A stretch of 64,000 bases of DNA from an uncultured Acidimicrobiales bacterium. Its GTDB lineage: Bacteria > Actinomycetota > Acidimicrobiia > Acidimicrobiales > UBA10347. Within the stretch, counting starts at the first letter, position 1. Every line of letters starts with the position of its first letter. The stretch is taken from assembly GCA_943788915.1 (NCBI GenBank), contig CALSSD010000005.1:124001-188000 (forward strand), given 5' to 3'. Shown piece by piece: positions 60,825-64,000 of the stretch. The translations under genes were made by a program, and so were the position numbers. The notes beneath the pieces were generated by a model. The model was not told where the DNA came from. It saw nothing but the letters and a program-made list of their open reading frames with translations, and did not search any database.

Positions 60825-61931
60825 ATGACTGCTCCTTCTAGTGAAGACACACCGGTCGATCCCTTTCACGACATACCCGAACCCGAGACCGATGTCGTCC
60901 GGTCAGGCGAGGACCTCGACTGGGGCGCCATCGAGGCATTATTGCGGGTCGAACTCCCGCCAGAACTCATCAACAGCGGTGAGTTTCACGTGCGCCAATT
61001 CCCGAACGGGTCGGCGAACCTGACCTATCTCATTGCGTTCGGTGACCACGAACTGGTCCTGCGCCGACCTCCCTTCGGCACGATTGCGCCTGGTGCCCAC
61101 GACATGCGGCGCGAATACAAAGTGCTATCGCAGCTGTGGCGAAGCTTCGACAAGGCGCCTCGGGCGTACGTGTTGTGCGACGACCACGATGTGGCCGGCG
61201 CCGATTTCTTTGTGATGGAGCGCCGCCATGGCGAGGTCATTCGAGGTGTGATCCCACCAACGATGCGTCATCATGACCGGGTCGGGCATCGCATGGGCAT
61301 GGCTCTCGTTGATGCCATGGCCGAGTTCCACCTCTTGGATCCCGTGACTGCTGGGCTGGGAGACCTCGGCCGTCCCGACGGTTTTATGGCCCGCCAGGTC
61401 GCCGGTTGGAAGAAGCGTTGGGATCTTGTCGCTGACCCTGCCTATGACCAGGCCATGGCAGCGCTGCACGCACGCCTTGAATCGACCTTGCCCGATCCGC
61501 AGCGTGTCTCGCTGGTGCACAATGACATCAAGCTCGACAACTGCATGTTCGACCCCACCGACCCCGACCATGTGATCGCCTTCTTCGACTGGGATATGAC
61601 CACACTTGGCGATCCTCTCGCCGACCTGGGCACTCTGCTCAACTACTGGCCCGACCCCGTAGACGGTGAAGCCATACGAGCAAGCCACGACGGCATGGCA
61701 GCGATGGGCCTGCCCACCCGAGCCGAGATCACTGAACGATATGGAGCGCGCACCGGCTTCGATGTCTCCAAAGCAGGCTGGTACGACGCGTTCGCCCAGT
61801 GGAAAACCGGCGTCGTGGTGCAACAACTCCACCACCGGTGGAAGATGGGTAACTCATCGAACGAGCGCCATGAGACGGTCGCCGAGCGGCTTCCTTTACT
61901 CATCGACGCCGCCCAGGCGCTGCTGATCTGA
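60825..61931 (+). CDS. Phosphotransferase family protein (APH / ACAD10-11 N-terminal-like)
   Basis: GSANLTY, LRRPP...AHDMRRE, HNDIKLDN, DWDM. Confidence 0.9.
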   Translation: MTAPSSEDTPVDPFHDIPEPETDVVRSGEDLDWGAIEALLRVELPPELINSGEFHVRQFPNGSANLTYLIAFGDHELVLRRPPFGTIAPGAHDMRREYKVLSQLWRSFDKAPRAYVLCDDHDVAGADFFVMERRHGEVIRGVIPPTMRHHDRVGHRMGMALVDAMAEFHLLDPVTAGLGDLGRPDGFMARQVAGWKKRWDLVADPAYDQAMAALHARLESTLPDPQRVSLVHNDIKLDNCMFDPTDPDHVIAFFDWDMTTLGDPLADLGTLLNYWPDPVDGEAIRASHDGMAAMGLPTRAEITERYGARTGFDVSKAGWYDAFAQWKTGVVVQQLHHRWKMGNSSNERHETVAERLPLLIDAAQALLI

Positions 61932-62006
61932 GTCCCACACCCGGCACGACTCTCCCAACAATCCGCCCACATTGACGACGTCGGGCAGCGTAAGTACCGT
62001 TTGTCC

Positions 62007-63176
62007 ATGGAGATCGAAGTCGAAACCACGGCGAACCCTGGCCCCGGAAAGCTCTGGCTGGACATCGACGGCTTTGCCGGGCCGGTGAAGCCCGGCAACG
62101 GGCCACGACGTGATCCGAAGGGAGAGTTCCCTACCGGGCCCGATGTTGGCACCCCGCTCCCGAACATCGTCGCTCGCCACCACAACGACTCGACGGTCGA
62201 CCTTCATCGTGACCGGGCGGGCAAGCCCGCGGTGGTCGTCTTCTTTCGGTCCGCAGTCTGGTGACCACCCTGCCGCACGCAGCTGGTCGAGCTGCAACGG
62301 GGATACGAAGCACTCGTAGAGGCCGGTGTTGAGCTGTATGCCGTTAGCTACGACGAGCCCGACGCCTTGGCCGACTTCAGCGCAGCCCACCACATCACCT
62401 TTCCGCTCCTGTCAGATCCCGACTCGGTAGTCATCGAGTCCTTCGGCATTCTCAACACCCTCATACCGCCCGACGACCACCCCTGGTATGGCATCCCTTT
62501 CCCCGGCACTTATGTCATCGACGATGCGGGCGTGATCACGCACAAGTTCTTCGAGCACAGCCTCGCAGTCCGGGTCGGCCCCGAGCAGCTAATCGCTGCG
62601 GTCAGGGGCAATGACTTCACGCTCGAACCAGCCGACACCACGCCGGTCGAAGACGTGAAGGTCACGATCGACATCGAGGGCCCTGACTTACCTCCGGGTA
62701 CCCAGCGCGACCTGGTCGCTCGCTTCTCGGTTCCGCACGGCCAACATCTCTACGACGATCCGGTACCTGAGGGTATGGTCGCGGCCTCGATTGAGCTCGA
62801 CGACACGCCGGGCCTCATGGCGTTCGAGACGGTGAAGCCCGATACCCGGCCCCTCACTCTCAGCGGCACCGGCGAAACCCTCGACGTCTACGACGGTGAC
62901 ATCACCCTGCGACAGCCCATCACGCAGAACGGCACAGCAGGCGACCAGGTCGACGGACAGAGGGTGGTCACGATCAGGGGTGAAGTGCGCTGGCAGGCGT
63001 GCGACGACATGCAATGTGGGCTTCCGCAACGGCAACGCTTCGAGCTCCTAATTCCAGCCGGCCGTATCACGCTCCCGGACATGGGCCCTGCGGCAGCCAA
63101 GGGCCACACCGAACCCATGAATGGTGAGAAACACCTAGCCCAGATGGTGGAGCGACGCCGTAAAAGCGAGAAGTGA
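62007..63176 (+). CDS. Predicted selenoprotein: AhpC/TSA peroxiredoxin-like domain (UxxC) fused to a DsbD-N-like domain; Sec codon at 62262-62264
   Basis: VVVFFRSAVW-TGA-PPCRTQLVELQ...YAVSYD...FPLLSDP...PGTYVID is one continuous frame; C-terminal VRWQACDDMQCGLP; SECIS-like hairpin follows the TGA. Confidence 0.85.
62269..62302 (+). other. Putative bacterial SECIS element
   Basis: Upper stem GCAGCT (62279-84) / AGCTGC (62290-95) with GGTCG loop; lower stem CCG/CGG and CC/GG; loop starts 21 nt after the TGA. Confidence 0.75.
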
Positions 63177-63275
63177 CAGCTCGGACATAGCGGCCCTCCG
63201 AGACGTCGGCCGTGACACTGGGTTGGGTTGTGCCCCTCGACATCCCTCGGCGCGTCTTGGCTCTGGCCGATCGAG

Positions 63276-63998
63276 TTAGGTGCCTGCTTCGATCGCATCG
63301 ATGGTGAGTTCGATGCCGAAGCCAGGAGCTTCGGTAGGCACCAGCACGCCGTCGACCGGAATCGCCATGCCGGGAGTCGACCGATAAGCGTCGGCAAGGC
63401 TCGTCGCTGCGCCGATGTACATTTCGGCGAGCGTGTTCGGCTTGAGCGCGTACGCGAGATGTTGACCGAACGCGTCGTTCGCTGCGCAGTGAATAGCCAT
63501 GTCGAGATCGTGCTCGGCCGCGATCTTGGCGATTCGAACCGTCGGGGTGGCACCGCCGACCCACAGAGGATCGGGCTGCACCACATCGATAGTGCCGAGT
63601 TCCGCATGCCGACGGAACGGTTCGTGAGTGAACCAACGCTCACCCGCCGCGAGCCGAGCATCGGGAAGCTGGGCTCGGACCGCCGCGTAGCCAGTCCAGT
63701 CCTGCGGACTGACATAGTCCTCGATCCACCACGGTGCGCTCGGGGCCAACGCCTCGCCGATGCGTACGGCGGCGTCCACGTCCATGACAGCCCAGCAGTC
63801 GATCATCACCTTGGCATCGACGCCTGCTATCGAACAAGCCTCATCGAACGCTGCCACCACCCTGTCGACCGCCGCCGCGCTGTCATCGGGCCAAGGACAC
63901 GGAATCTTGAAGGCAGTGAAACCGAAGTCAACCAAACGTTGCACGTCTGCTCCTGTCGCGTAACAGTCCAACTCTCGGCATGCGGGGCCGCCGAGCAA
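63276..63998 (-). CDS. Mandelate racemase/enolase superfamily protein (rhamnonate dehydratase-like), 5' partial
   Basis: YATG, FKIP, MIDCW, WIED, AAGE, VVQPD.LWVGG, PGFGIE. Confidence 0.8.
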   Translation of the reverse strand: MLGGPACRELDCYATGADVQRLVDFGFTAFKIPCPWPDDSAAAVDRVVAAFDEACSIAGVDAKVMIDCWAVMDVDAAVRIGEALAPSAPWWIEDYVSPQDWTGYAAVRAQLPDARLAAGERWFTHEPFRRHAELGTIDVVQPDPLWVGGATPTVRIAKIAAEHDLDMAIHCAANDAFGQHLAYALKPNTLAEMYIGAATSLADAYRSTPGMAIPVDGVLVPTEAPGFGIELTIDAIEAGT

Positions 63999-64000
63999 CT

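Noticed and set aside
1..64000. Long antisense or alternate-frame ORFs (e.g. 8830-9828, 14632-15528, 40870-41820, 45262-46212), and any integrase, transposase, CRISPR array or rRNA
   Set aside because: The shadow ORFs overlap well-supported genes and are expected at high GC. No motifs of mobile-element enzymes, CRISPR repeats or rRNA were seen.

Overview
GC-rich actinobacterial chromosome segment; the gene repertoire suggests Acidimicrobiia (inference). The first ~7.8 kb is housekeeping: prmA, tag, mshA-ybjN, a MoaD/ThiS carrier, a histidine phosphatase and tRNA-Lys(UUU). The rest is an accessory catabolic region. It holds a Zur-regulated zinc ABC locus with two visible operator boxes, an orphan badH next to a decayed badR, four family-III CoA-transferases (two are double-domain), three flavin monooxygenases, a Rieske oxygenase, a sulfatase, a thiolase-like/DUF35/MaoC cluster, hydrolases and MFS transporters. 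Many spacers contain gene fossils shortened by deletion. A separate set of frameshifts, mostly single-base insertions in short homopolymer runs, looks like long-read consensus error. The strongest finding is near the end. Two ORFs that the track reports separately (62001-62264 and 62367-63176) are one reading frame joined by an in-frame TGA at the redox motif (W-U-P-P-C), followed by a well-formed SECIS-like hairpin. This predicts a selenocysteine peroxiredoxin-like protein fused to a DsbD-N-like domain. No CRISPR array, rRNA, integrase or transposase was seen. Family assignments come from motif recognition only; no database search was run.
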